A stretch of 64,000 nt of DNA from positions 1,120,001 through 1,184,000 of the forward strand of contig OZ242376.1 in the NCBI GenBank assembly GCA_965209085.1, in the 5' to 3' direction. The number at the start of each line of letters is the position of its first letter. Position 1 is the first letter of the stretch. The notes beneath the pieces were generated by a model. That model had not been told where the DNA came from. It was given only the letters and a program-made list of their open reading frames with translations, and did not search any database. The DNA is from Nitrosopumilaceae archaeon (GTDB lineage: Archaea; Thermoproteota; Nitrososphaeria; Nitrososphaerales; Nitrosopumilaceae). This document shows positions 1 through 8,851 of this stretch, one piece after another. The position numbers and the translations under genes were made by a program.

Positions 1-440
1 AATGATTGCCGGTTTGATCTTTCAATAGTTTCAATTGGTACGAACTTATTATTTTGATCTTTTTTCTTTATGTCAAAATGTTCTTCAATGTCTCCATCTG
101 TTTTTCTCCAAGATCGTTCGATGCTATATTCTGTTTCTTTTCCCATGTGGAAAAATTTGAATTTAACTGTAATTGATGCATGATCTGCGGATGTTGAACT
201 TTTTAAATATCTGTGGATTTTACGTGCAAGGAATTTTTTGTATGTATTATTAGTGCAGTGTTTATCCATGATCAATATTCCATAAAGACACAGCGTAACG
301 GATTCAAATAATGTTGTCTTCCCGGCACCATTTTCTCCCCCTATGATGATTATGGGTTTGTCTGGAGAACATGTGAAATCAAACGTGTTTTTACCTTTGT
401 ATACACTATAATCTTGTAATGTTATTTCAGTTAACAACAA
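1..440 (-). CDS. dndD: DNA sulfur modification protein DndD (SMC-like ATPase), 5' part; runs off the window
   Basis: Not in the ORF track. Manual translation from TTG at 440 gives MLLTEITLQDYSVYKGKNTFDFTCSPDKPIIIIGGENGAGKTTLFES, with a Walker A motif. It starts 1 nt after the dndC stop, behind a GGTGG SD-like motif. Confidence 0.9.
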   Translation of the reverse strand, partial: MLLTEITLQDYSVYKGKNTFDFTCSPDKPIIIIGGENGAGKTTLFESVTLCLYGILIMDKHCTNNTYKKFLARKIHRYLKSSTSADHASITVKFKFFHMGKETEYSIERSWRKTDGDIEEHFDIKKKDQNNKFVPIETIERSNRQS

Positions 441-441
441 A

Positions 442-1950
442 TTATCCACCAAATTCCTTTTTTGATGTTTTTTGTTTCTCAAGATCGTTTACGATCTCGT
501 CTAAATCATCTCGCCATTCTTCTCCGAGTATTTTATTTATCCTGGGATAAATTTTAGAGTGTTGAGTCATTCCTTGAGATTCACGGGCTACGTTTAGCAG
601 TTTTGATACTAATAATTGGGGTACGTCGTTTTTAGCACAAATTTCTTCTAGTACATCTTGTTCAATTACACCAAATTCGCCTAGGTCTTCCTGAGGAAGG
701 ATCAGTTTATCTCCAATTATTTTTCCATATATGGAATATGCGGAATTTTTCCAATCCCCTCGTTCCACTCGCCAGATCCTTTGAATTTCATGAATTTCAG
801 ATTCCAGAATTAATGTTATGTGTGGGTCCGGACCAGTATTTTGTATTTCCTTTTGAACTCGCAGTAATTTTTCCAAGAATTCTTTACAAAATTCCATAGT
901 ATATGGACCAGGAACTAACATAGAATAAGGATCATCTTTGTTGTTTTCGCCTCTTTTCTTTAATTCCATCTTGGATTCTTGGATTCTTTCGTCAAATGCT
1001 TTTTTACGGGCATCGTCAACAAGTTTCATTTGGCCGGTTCTGCGTTTGAGTGAACGTACTTGTTTTCGTTTTACTGGGTTTTGTGTTTCTTTGAGTTCTG
1101 CACGCAGTTCTAACAGTGGCTGCATCCAATCCTCACCATTATCAATCATGTTTTTCATAGAAGTGTCTTTTTCTACCACAGTACAGACCCAGCAGCCAAA
1201 TCTGCTGTTGCCACATGAGGGTGTACTAGAATCCACTACCAACGGACATTCAGATGAATTGGCATCCTGATACATGGATAACAAATCACGATTGTTGGTA
1301 CCCCATGGATTTTTGTTCTGTAGTAAATAGTCCCAGACATCACTTGTGATAAAATCTCTCAATGGAGTATATACATAAGTCTGAGAGAATTTAGAATGTC
1401 TTGACAGATAGCTATTTTCTATTTCATACAGATTCATCAGCTGGTTTCTTGATCCTGATTCATCCTTGCGTGTTCCAAGAACTACAATTGCTTCTCCGTA
1501 TTCAGATACTTTTTCTTGGATAAACCTATCTGCATTTCTTATCTTTAAACGATCTGTGCACCATCTAAACAGATTACTTGGAGCTGGAAATCCTTTGCCC
1601 AGCAAACATACCCAAAACGAGTCTTCGACTTTTGGACGGATCAAATTAGTAGATATTGGAAGATTTGATTTTTTCCCATATTTTTCCATTTGATCAAGAG
1701 AATTAGTAATAGCTTCGACTACTTTTGGTGATTCAACCAACGTATCAGAAGATATGATAAATATTTTTTTTTGTAGTTTTTTTGGAGGTAATTTTGACAG
1801 TGCATTCCAAATTAGCTGGGTCATACACGTAGAATCTTTACCGCCACTAAATCCCAATATCCATGGTCTGTTATCATTTAGGTAAACTTCTTGTATTTCA
1901 GCATAGATGTCTTTCAAACTATGGGATTTGAAGACAGAAGGTTCTGGCAT
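442..1950 (-). CDS. dndC: DNA phosphorothioation sulfurtransferase DndC (PAPS-reductase fold)
   Basis: PP-loop FSGGKDS, RWCTDRLKI, LGTRKDES, ECPLVVD and SCGNSRFGCWVCTVV motifs; lies between dndB and dndD. Confidence 0.95.
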   Translation of the reverse strand: MPEPSVFKSHSLKDIYAEIQEVYLNDNRPWILGFSGGKDSTCMTQLIWNALSKLPPKKLQKKIFIISSDTLVESPKVVEAITNSLDQMEKYGKKSNLPISTNLIRPKVEDSFWVCLLGKGFPAPSNLFRWCTDRLKIRNADRFIQEKVSEYGEAIVVLGTRKDESGSRNQLMNLYEIENSYLSRHSKFSQTYVYTPLRDFITSDVWDYLLQNKNPWGTNNRDLLSMYQDANSSECPLVVDSSTPSCGNSRFGCWVCTVVEKDTSMKNMIDNGEDWMQPLLELRAELKETQNPVKRKQVRSLKRRTGQMKLVDDARKKAFDERIQESKMELKKRGENNKDDPYSMLVPGPYTMEFCKEFLEKLLRVQKEIQNTGPDPHITLILESEIHEIQRIWRVERGDWKNSAYSIYGKIIGDKLILPQEDLGEFGVIEQDVLEEICAKNDVPQLLVSKLLNVARESQGMTQHSKIYPRINKILGEEWRDDLDEIVNDLEKQKTSKKEFGG

Positions 1951-1952
1951 GA

Positions 1953-3002
1953 TCAGGCGCCACCATCCACAGTATCTGGGACACCTAGTTGTTTTAATAT
2001 CTCATTTGCGGCTCTTTTTATTCCTAGTCGATTTTTCAACATTTTTTTATCCATTACTACTTTATCCTGCCATCTTGGGCTAGTTTTTTTCCAATTTATG
2101 TTTTGCAATCCTTTGAGTTTTCTTCGCCAGTCATTATGTTGTAATAAAACGTATCCCACCAATCCAAGGGCATTTAGCACGTTCGTGTGCGCATGTACAT
2201 AATCTTTTCGTAATTCATATGGACTGATTTTTTTTGCCAGCAATAAATTCCATTCGGGTATGTTTTTGGACACATTGTCCCAATAATCTCTAGCAATTTT
2301 TTGTTTTTCAGCAGATACAGATTTTGTTTTTAGTCTCAAGAGATGTCTTGTGGCATCTGCGATACCGTTTAATGTAAAAAATGCTGTAGATCTATTTGAT
2401 ATGTTTGTTCTTTCTTTTTCAGTTCTGCCATAAAAAATTTCCAAATCATCTGCAAGGCTAACTATGAACTGAGCGTATTCATTACGATGATCATATAGCA
2501 ATCCAAGAGATTTTGTAGGTTTTATTGCATGTTTGTTCAAATCAGCAAACATTTGCTGACTTCGTTTTAATCCTCTATCTTCATAAACTACTACGGATAT
2601 ATTTTCACTATAAAAATCATCTTTTTCGCATACTGATCTAATTGCAGCACATCTGTGTTGACCATCATTTATCAAAATAGGAGCATCGTGAGGTATGATG
2701 AGGCTGCCACATTTTCCGTCAGAGCCACGTCCGGGTGCAGGGATAAATTGCATTTTTTTACCAACAGAGATAGTAATTGATGAGAAAATATAGTTTTTAG
2801 GATGATCTTTTATATAACATACAATTTTTGGAATACGGGAATTTCGGATTTTTCGCTGTGCTTTTAATTCAGGATCTATCCTTGGATCTTCTTCATATCG
2901 AAATTTATCCTTAACCGTAGCAAAGGGGCACATTATTATGTAGAATTCTCGTTTTGCTTGAACGCCTCTCACGGCATCAAATGTTAATCCCTCCATCCCC
3001 AT
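1953..3002 (-). CDS. dndB: DNA sulfur modification protein DndB (DGQHR domain regulator)
   Basis: AVRGVQA, AQR, INDGQHR, QQMFADLN and LYDHR motifs; first gene of the dndBCD operon, with an AGGAGA RBS upstream. Confidence 0.92.
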   Translation of the reverse strand: MGMEGLTFDAVRGVQAKREFYIIMCPFATVKDKFRYEEDPRIDPELKAQRKIRNSRIPKIVCYIKDHPKNYIFSSITISVGKKMQFIPAPGRGSDGKCGSLIIPHDAPILINDGQHRCAAIRSVCEKDDFYSENISVVVYEDRGLKRSQQMFADLNKHAIKPTKSLGLLYDHRNEYAQFIVSLADDLEIFYGRTEKERTNISNRSTAFFTLNGIADATRHLLRLKTKSVSAEKQKIARDYWDNVSKNIPEWNLLLAKKISPYELRKDYVHAHTNVLNALGLVGYVLLQHNDWRRKLKGLQNINWKKTSPRWQDKVVMDKKMLKNRLGIKRAANEILKQLGVPDTVDGGA

Positions 3003-3209
3003 TTCTCGCTATCTCCTGTAATTTAGCGATCAATACATAATTTAAGTCTAGATTAAAACGTGCTTCCAATTACAATGGAAGCTTATTCTAAAATAATTAA
3101 AATAACTAGATTTTCTCACAATCTAATCTTTTGTGCATGATATTAGTTATAAATAATAATCCTAGGCATGCCCATAATCTCCCAAAAATTACTGTTTTTT
3201 ACTAGTAAA

Positions 3210-3377
3210 TCAGAGAGATTTTTCGAGTATTTTTAGATCAGATTTAGTGAGTTTGACCGTAAAGATATTTGCCTTTGGATGCTTTACTCCAGGAGTCAAT
3301 GGGTGAAATACTATTTTTATTCCATTTCCGTCCTTGGTAATATCTACCGGACGTCCACCAATCTTTGCTTCGACCAT
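3210..3377 (-). CDS. Small 55-aa basic hypothetical protein
   Basis: Below the ORF-track cutoff. Manual translation gives MVEAKIGGRPVDITKDGNGIKIVFHPLTPGVKHPKANIFTVKLTKSDLKILEKSL*, with a clean ATG-TGA frame, protein-like composition and an AT-rich element upstream. Confidence 0.65.
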   Translation of the reverse strand: MVEAKIGGRPVDITKDGNGIKIVFHPLTPGVKHPKANIFTVKLTKSDLKILEKSL

Positions 3378-3543
3378 GCATAGTGGCAATATTCGTTGAA
3401 TATAGAGTTATTGTAATAACAGTGTTGAATTAACCATCATACAAATTATACCATATAAAGGACATGATGGAAAAATAGAAAAATCTAAAATGCGTAACAG
3501 TTGCAGCATATATGCCATGAAGACAATATTAGTTGAAATCACT

Positions 3544-5307
3544 TTAAATTTTGTCAATCAATTGTTTCGCGATTTCATTAATTCTATCATCGCCTACACA
3601 ATATTCAGAGTTTCTTATTAAACAATATTTGCTATCAAAAACAGGTACATCCTCATACGTTTTATCGGATATAGAATCCATAATTTTATCATTGTTGTAT
3701 TTTTTATAGTGAATGCTAACTAACCACATAATGTACGGATGTTTATTTTTAGCAAGAGGATAAAGCCCATCATCGGACAGTTTTTTTGAACAGGGAAAAT
3801 GTTTAGCGCGAACGTTAATGTCAGATGGCAATGGTGAGAGATTAACTATTTGATTCATTTCATCAATTATGTCTTGAGATTTACTTTTTTTAGGTATCAT
3901 GTGATCTAAGTTCCACATTGAGCTTTTGTTACCATACATAATTGGTTTAAAGTTAATTACATCAGCATTTCTGTCAGGTAATAAACACGCATTAAAAATT
4001 CTCCGAATGGCATCAGAATTAGACTTTTGTATATTTATTTTCAGCCATTCTTTATTTGGAGACGATTTTATATTATCTAGTTTTACATCGTTATTTATAG
4101 AATCTACCAAATCAGTAAGAATATTTCCAGATAAATTATTACACATGAATTTTTTAGCATGTTTGTCAAGTCGTGTAAGGCTATTATCTATAACCCGACG
4201 GTAAAATACACGTAATAATAGATGTAATTCTTTGGTACTGTCATAATCCCCATCCATGAAATCAGGAATTTTGTTATCAAGGTGGACATATTTATAATAA
4301 TACCAGAAAACTATTGTGATAGGTAATTCACCACATTGAAATATTTCATATAAATATGGATTGAGCAGGATATTATTTTCATCTTCTTTGGTTAATGCAG
4401 AATCAAAATCTTCAATAAATTTCAATAGATCATCAACGTCTTCACTTTTTAAATTATCCCAATTTTTAAACACCAACGTTGGTTTAGTTTTTATTGAATC
4501 ATAGAGATATTTTCCAAGTCTCTTGGACCATTTATTATCTTTGGATTGAAATACATTTGTGAATCTATTTTCAAACTCAGTGATATCATCATCATACCAT
4601 TTTTTTTTTTCAGCTTGTTGAATGATTAAAGAGCGTAATAAATCAACTTGTGATAGATCTAATCCTGTAGAATTCAGGTTGATGAATGTGTGGATAAGTT
4701 CAGATTCATCTTTAAAATCAAAATATGGATCAAGTGCAATTTGTTTTTTTACAAACATTTTAGAAATTTTTTCAGAGAATTCCAGGGCATTTTCATTAAA
4801 TTCCTTGTCAAATAATCTATTCACGCTATTTTTTAATCGAATGTAACTTTCTTGTATGCCCATCCTAGGATAGGATGAAAGTATTCTGTCATTATGCTGA
4901 AATATTGATCGTTTGGCCGCTACTTCAGCTTTTAGTATTGTAAATTTATGTTCAAGATCTTGCCTATCGGGTTCGTTACTTAATACAATCGGATATAGGT
5001 AATTCAACATTGCAGTTGCCAAAGCAAATCGCTGCAATCCATCTAATAGTATGGTAGCTTTATCATCTTTACTTGATGCAAGTATGACAGTACCGAATAA
5101 TATCGCATCGGATCCTATGAATTCTTTAATTTCGTTGTCTTTCCAGACGATATTTCTCTGATAGCTTGGAATTAATATCGGTTCAGGATCTAGTTCTTTG
5201 ACCAGGTCAGACCAATCTTTAATGGGATCATTTTTATTTTTGCATAGTGCGTATTTTACAGCATATTGCCAAAATGGAGGAAGCTCGCCCAATCGCTTTA
5301 TAGTCAT
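3544..5307 (-). CDS. DUF262 (ParB-like NTPase) plus C-terminal HNH/DUF1524-like protein; GmrSD/SspE-like nuclease
   Basis: IPSYQRNIVW, LLDGLQR and FINLNSTGLDLSQVDLL are DUF262 motifs; the C-terminal NLDHMIPK...NLSPL...IN is HNH-like. Confidence 0.8.
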   Translation of the reverse strand: MTIKRLGELPPFWQYAVKYALCKNKNDPIKDWSDLVKELDPEPILIPSYQRNIVWKDNEIKEFIGSDAILFGTVILASSKDDKATILLDGLQRFALATAMLNYLYPIVLSNEPDRQDLEHKFTILKAEVAAKRSIFQHNDRILSSYPRMGIQESYIRLKNSVNRLFDKEFNENALEFSEKISKMFVKKQIALDPYFDFKDESELIHTFINLNSTGLDLSQVDLLRSLIIQQAEKKKWYDDDITEFENRFTNVFQSKDNKWSKRLGKYLYDSIKTKPTLVFKNWDNLKSEDVDDLLKFIEDFDSALTKEDENNILLNPYLYEIFQCGELPITIVFWYYYKYVHLDNKIPDFMDGDYDSTKELHLLLRVFYRRVIDNSLTRLDKHAKKFMCNNLSGNILTDLVDSINNDVKLDNIKSSPNKEWLKINIQKSNSDAIRRIFNACLLPDRNADVINFKPIMYGNKSSMWNLDHMIPKKSKSQDIIDEMNQIVNLSPLPSDINVRAKHFPCSKKLSDDGLYPLAKNKHPYIMWLVSIHYKKYNNDKIMDSISDKTYEDVPVFDSKYCLIRNSEYCVGDDRINEIAKQLIDKI

Positions 5308-5355
5308 GATTTATCATACATCAATTTGTTAAATAAGGTTATCATCTATTTTATA

Positions 5356-5436
5356 GTATGAGGTCACGTCATGCCTAGAATTTATGCAATAAATGAAGAT
5401 GTAGGCACAAAATAGCACGAGGTGCTGACCTCATAC
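5356..5436. mobile_element. 81-bp MITE-like element with IS66-type ends
   Basis: Perfect terminal inverted repeat GTATGAGGTCA...TGACCTCATAC; the same terminus occurs on the IS66 remnant at 63664; internal GCCTA/TAGGC stem. Confidence 0.7.
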
Positions 5437-5555
5437 TGTTTTGGATTTTATTCACGGGTAGAGCCGCATCTAATGATAGATTTTTAAACGAATTGATGCT
5501 TACATGCATAATTTAATAATAAATATTATATAATAACAAAATTATAATACAATTA

Positions 5556-6809
5556 TTGACTAATAATGATTTAAGATTAACCAAAGAAAATAATTTTTAT
5601 GGGTTATGGTGGATACCTAATGAAAAAAATAAAGTATTTGGAATTTTAAAATATTCACCAAAAAAGATGATCCTAGAATTACATGAAGGATTTAATTTAG
5701 AAAAATATTATGCACCGATTATTTTTGGACTAGTTAAAGGTGTTAAATTTACATTACAAAATGCATATGAGATATCATCAGGAAATGGTATTTCAAAACC
5801 CGCAGAGGTTTATGATGTGACATATGCATATGTTGGCAAACATATGAACATAAAATCATTTAAATTCAAAAAATTTTTCCTCAATCTGTCATTATCCAAA
5901 TATTTTATAAATTTAACGGGATTCAAATTAAATTTAGATCCTAAAGATATCATGATAGGAAAATTCAAATTAAATTATAATGCCGTTCCTACTAAAAAAT
6001 ATAAAATAAATGATGATATCAAATTAACGTTAATTGTAGTTTACAAAATGATACGTGAAATATATAATCATCCAATTATTGATGAAGATTATGTGATAAT
6101 TGTGGAATGTAATGATGGTATGAATACAAATGATTTATTTGAATTTATTGATAGCATACGTGGATTTTTTTCATTGGGATTATGTCATGTCGTGCAACCT
6201 CTAAAAATTGAATTTGATTTATTAGAAGAAGAAAGCACTTTGCTGAAAGAAGGAATGATATTTACAACAATTTTCAATAATGAACAAAAAATAACTAATC
6301 CGGATATCAGAAATATCATATATACATATAGATCAATAGAACCAAATTTTGAATTATATTTAAAAAATTGGTTTGGTAAAAAATCAAAAATTGCGATCAT
6401 GTATAAATTATATTCTACAATTTTATATACGAAAGGAGGTTATTTTGATAATGATTTTTTATCATTAATAAGGGGTATTGAATCATATTATAGATCATTT
6501 GAAGAACACAAAAAGAAAAAATTATCTGAAATGCTATCACTTATAATGGTTAAATATTCATTTTTATTCGAAAATATTGATCAATCAAAATTCATAAAAT
6601 CTGTTGTGGATGAAAGAAATTATTTAGTGCATTATGATAAAAAAAAATATGATAATTTAAATTCACAATCATTATACAATATACAACATATATTGATGTT
6701 AATTATTGAATCATTATTGTTAACTGAAATTGGATTTACTCAGGATAAAATTAAAATTATAATGTTAAAGAAAATAAAATGGTATGAACCATCTAATTGG
6801 TCTTTTTAA
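5556..6809 (+). CDS. ApeA-like protein (ApeA N-terminal domain plus HEPN RNase)
   Basis: The N-terminal GLWWIP...GILKY pattern is typical of the ApeA NTD; FLSLIRGIESY helix and HEPN Rx4H motif (RNYLVH); very AT-rich. Confidence 0.8.
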   Translation: MTNNDLRLTKENNFYGLWWIPNEKNKVFGILKYSPKKMILELHEGFNLEKYYAPIIFGLVKGVKFTLQNAYEISSGNGISKPAEVYDVTYAYVGKHMNIKSFKFKKFFLNLSLSKYFINLTGFKLNLDPKDIMIGKFKLNYNAVPTKKYKINDDIKLTLIVVYKMIREIYNHPIIDEDYVIIVECNDGMNTNDLFEFIDSIRGFFSLGLCHVVQPLKIEFDLLEEESTLLKEGMIFTTIFNNEQKITNPDIRNIIYTYRSIEPNFELYLKNWFGKKSKIAIMYKLYSTILYTKGGYFDNDFLSLIRGIESYYRSFEEHKKKKLSEMLSLIMVKYSFLFENIDQSKFIKSVVDERNYLVHYDKKKYDNLNSQSLYNIQHILMLIIESLLLTEIGFTQDKIKIIMLKKIKWYEPSNWSF

Positions 6810-7266
6810 ATTATTGGTTTTAACGGCTCAATCTATGAATGAGTGTTTTTTGTAAAAACCTGATCAAAACCATTCAAAATTATGCAATATATTCACCAAT
6901 TCAACATCAAGCCCAGCAAGTCTTACCAGTACTGCCAATATTGGGTTTTAGCGTATAATAGATACCTCAGATCATGAATTATTGTAATAACTGTGATCAA
7001 AAAACGTTGCTATTGTGCAATGATATATTTTTAAACGAATTTATGCTTGCGGACATATTAAAATTATATAGATTTCAAATATTAATTTGAGTTAAAATTG
7101 CCATCATCTCTAGCGTTAAAATATTTCTATCTGTAATACATTTTTTGAAAGTAATTTTCCATTTATAGACCAACGATCTCATATGCCATTTTCCTTTTGG
7201 ACTGACATTAACTAGAGTTCTAGTTATCAAGTATGCAGCTAAAACTAGCTCTGGAATTGCATCCAA

Positions 7267-8049
7267 TCATGTCACCGTCCATTTTGAAAGTGATTTTTGA
7301 CACAAGCGTGTAATATGCGATATAGACGAATCATCAATCATGCACATATTTTGTACGTTACGTATTGGAGCAGGATTACCTGTAAGATCTCCAGTATGCA
7401 GATGATCCAGGATTGATTTTATCATCATATCATCATGTCCGCTTCCAAACATCTCTATTTTCAGCATCAGGGTCCAATCCTCCAGACGGGCATACACGGT
7501 AGATATTACCAAGTCTGGACCATACAGGTCATCTTCGCAAACATGACCAAATCCAGACTGCCTGTTGGCAATTGCACACTGCCTAATACGGTCTATCCCA
7601 TACTCATCAGATAGGATTCCCAAAGGTGCCATAACTGAAACAAAGGCAGTGTTTTCTCCACGGTACAAAATCTTTAGAAATTCCAGACAATATTTTGGTT
7701 TGGAGAATACATCTTGTATTTTGGCCATTCTAGAACGAATAGACCCATCTATAATCAGGAGATCTGCGGCAGATGAATTCCGGCACAACTGCGATTCAGT
7801 ATTCATGGCCCACATCAATGCGTTATATGATGGAATATTCCTCATGCCACATTCAGAGTGCCCTTCCCGTATGCTGCATGATGCATTGGCAGATGCAGCA
7901 GTTCCAACCCATAAATCCAACTGTCCATATTGGAAAAATCGTATATTGCTTCCAACTGCAACAACCTCTGATTCAATTTTTTGTGGTTCATGTGCGGTCC
8001 ATTTTCTTACCCCTATTACTGTCGATCTGTCTTTTAATTCATCATACAA
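7267..8049 (-). CDS. NurA-like nuclease-fold protein, probably catalytically degenerate
   Basis: LLIIDGSI motif, YARL...LKIE strands and a C-terminal GxP..-like helix as in NurA. The first catalytic Asp and the C-terminal His appear to be absent. Confidence 0.65.
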   Translation of the reverse strand: MYDELKDRSTVIGVRKWTAHEPQKIESEVVAVGSNIRFFQYGQLDLWVGTAASANASCSIREGHSECGMRNIPSYNALMWAMNTESQLCRNSSAADLLIIDGSIRSRMAKIQDVFSKPKYCLEFLKILYRGENTAFVSVMAPLGILSDEYGIDRIRQCAIANRQSGFGHVCEDDLYGPDLVISTVYARLEDWTLMLKIEMFGSGHDDMMIKSILDHLHTGDLTGNPAPIRNVQNMCMIDDSSISHITRLCQKSLSKWTVT

Positions 8050-8118
8050 TATGTAATGTATAGATTACATTATTAATATAAGTTTATCTTTTTATGGGTT
8101 AGACACGTAAATGAAAAT

Positions 8119-8322
8119 ATGGAAATAATCAATTCCGAAGATGTGATGGTGTTTAAAATAAAAACAATAGCGTTGATTTTAATTCTAATCGTCATAATTG
8201 CAATAGCTGTCAAATTGCTCGGACGTAGATTTTTAATTGTTATAGGTGTTGTTTCTGTCATGTTTTTTTTATTAATTATGCACGGGATCTATAGTTTGAT
8301 ATCCGTGCTGGTATCAATATAA
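8119..8322 (+). CDS. Small two-TM membrane protein
   Basis: Two hydrophobic segments joined by a KLLGRR loop; the start may be a downstream ATG. Confidence 0.5.
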   Translation: MEIINSEDVMVFKIKTIALILILIVIIAIAVKLLGRRFLIVIGVVSVMFFLLIMHGIYSLISVLVSI

Positions 8323-8458
8323 GAAAAAAAGAGATGTAGGGGCTTTGAAGGTGCCCCAATAACCCTCATCGTTGTTTACAAAGGCACGGATCTTATTCTG
8401 ATCGCATATTTCTGCCAAAATCATGCGACATGTACAGGGTTCTGCTATTTACAAAAGG

Positions 8459-8533
8459 CGGGCCCGAAGGGCTTCGATCCCTCGACCTAACACTCCGCAA
8501 GCGTTCGCACTATCCATGCTATGCAACGAGCCC
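8459..8533 (-). tRNA. tRNA-Arg(GCG)
   Basis: Reverse strand reads GGGCTCGTTGCATAGCATGGATAGTGCGAACGCTTGCGGAGTGTTAGGTCGAGGGATCGAAGCCCTTCGGGCCCG. Acceptor stem GGGCTCG/CGGGCCC, anticodon loop TTGCGGA, T-arm GAGGG-ATCGAAG-CCCTT; no intron and no complete encoded CCA. Confidence 0.95.
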
Positions 8534-8851
8534 ATGGTTGCGGAGATTTGCCCCTTAATGTTGATTGCGCGTCATCAAATCAGATCGCAGACATGGAAAT
8601 AGAATATTAAAGAATTAAAATTGGATATTCTCAGATCGAGTATCTTCCAAAAGCGTTACCGCCGTATAATTGTGTCAAACACCATGTACACCAATATCAA
8701 TCTGCTACAACGTTGCAAAACACCAAACGTCAAATATGTATATACTTGAAGAGTACAGATTTACGGTAAGCGTTCAAGATAGATGCGTAATAAAATACGA
8801 TTTAGTATCAGATATAAAAAAAACTTGATTGTGAAAAAGCAGGTACTATCT

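Noticed and set aside
6830-7266. 63-aa ORF and downstream broken frames
   Set aside because: No recognisable motif; possibly a decayed gene, but it cannot be supported.
8338-8358. GGGGC...GCCCC hairpin after the small membrane gene
   Set aside because: The stem is only 5 bp; too weak to call a terminator or an RNA gene.
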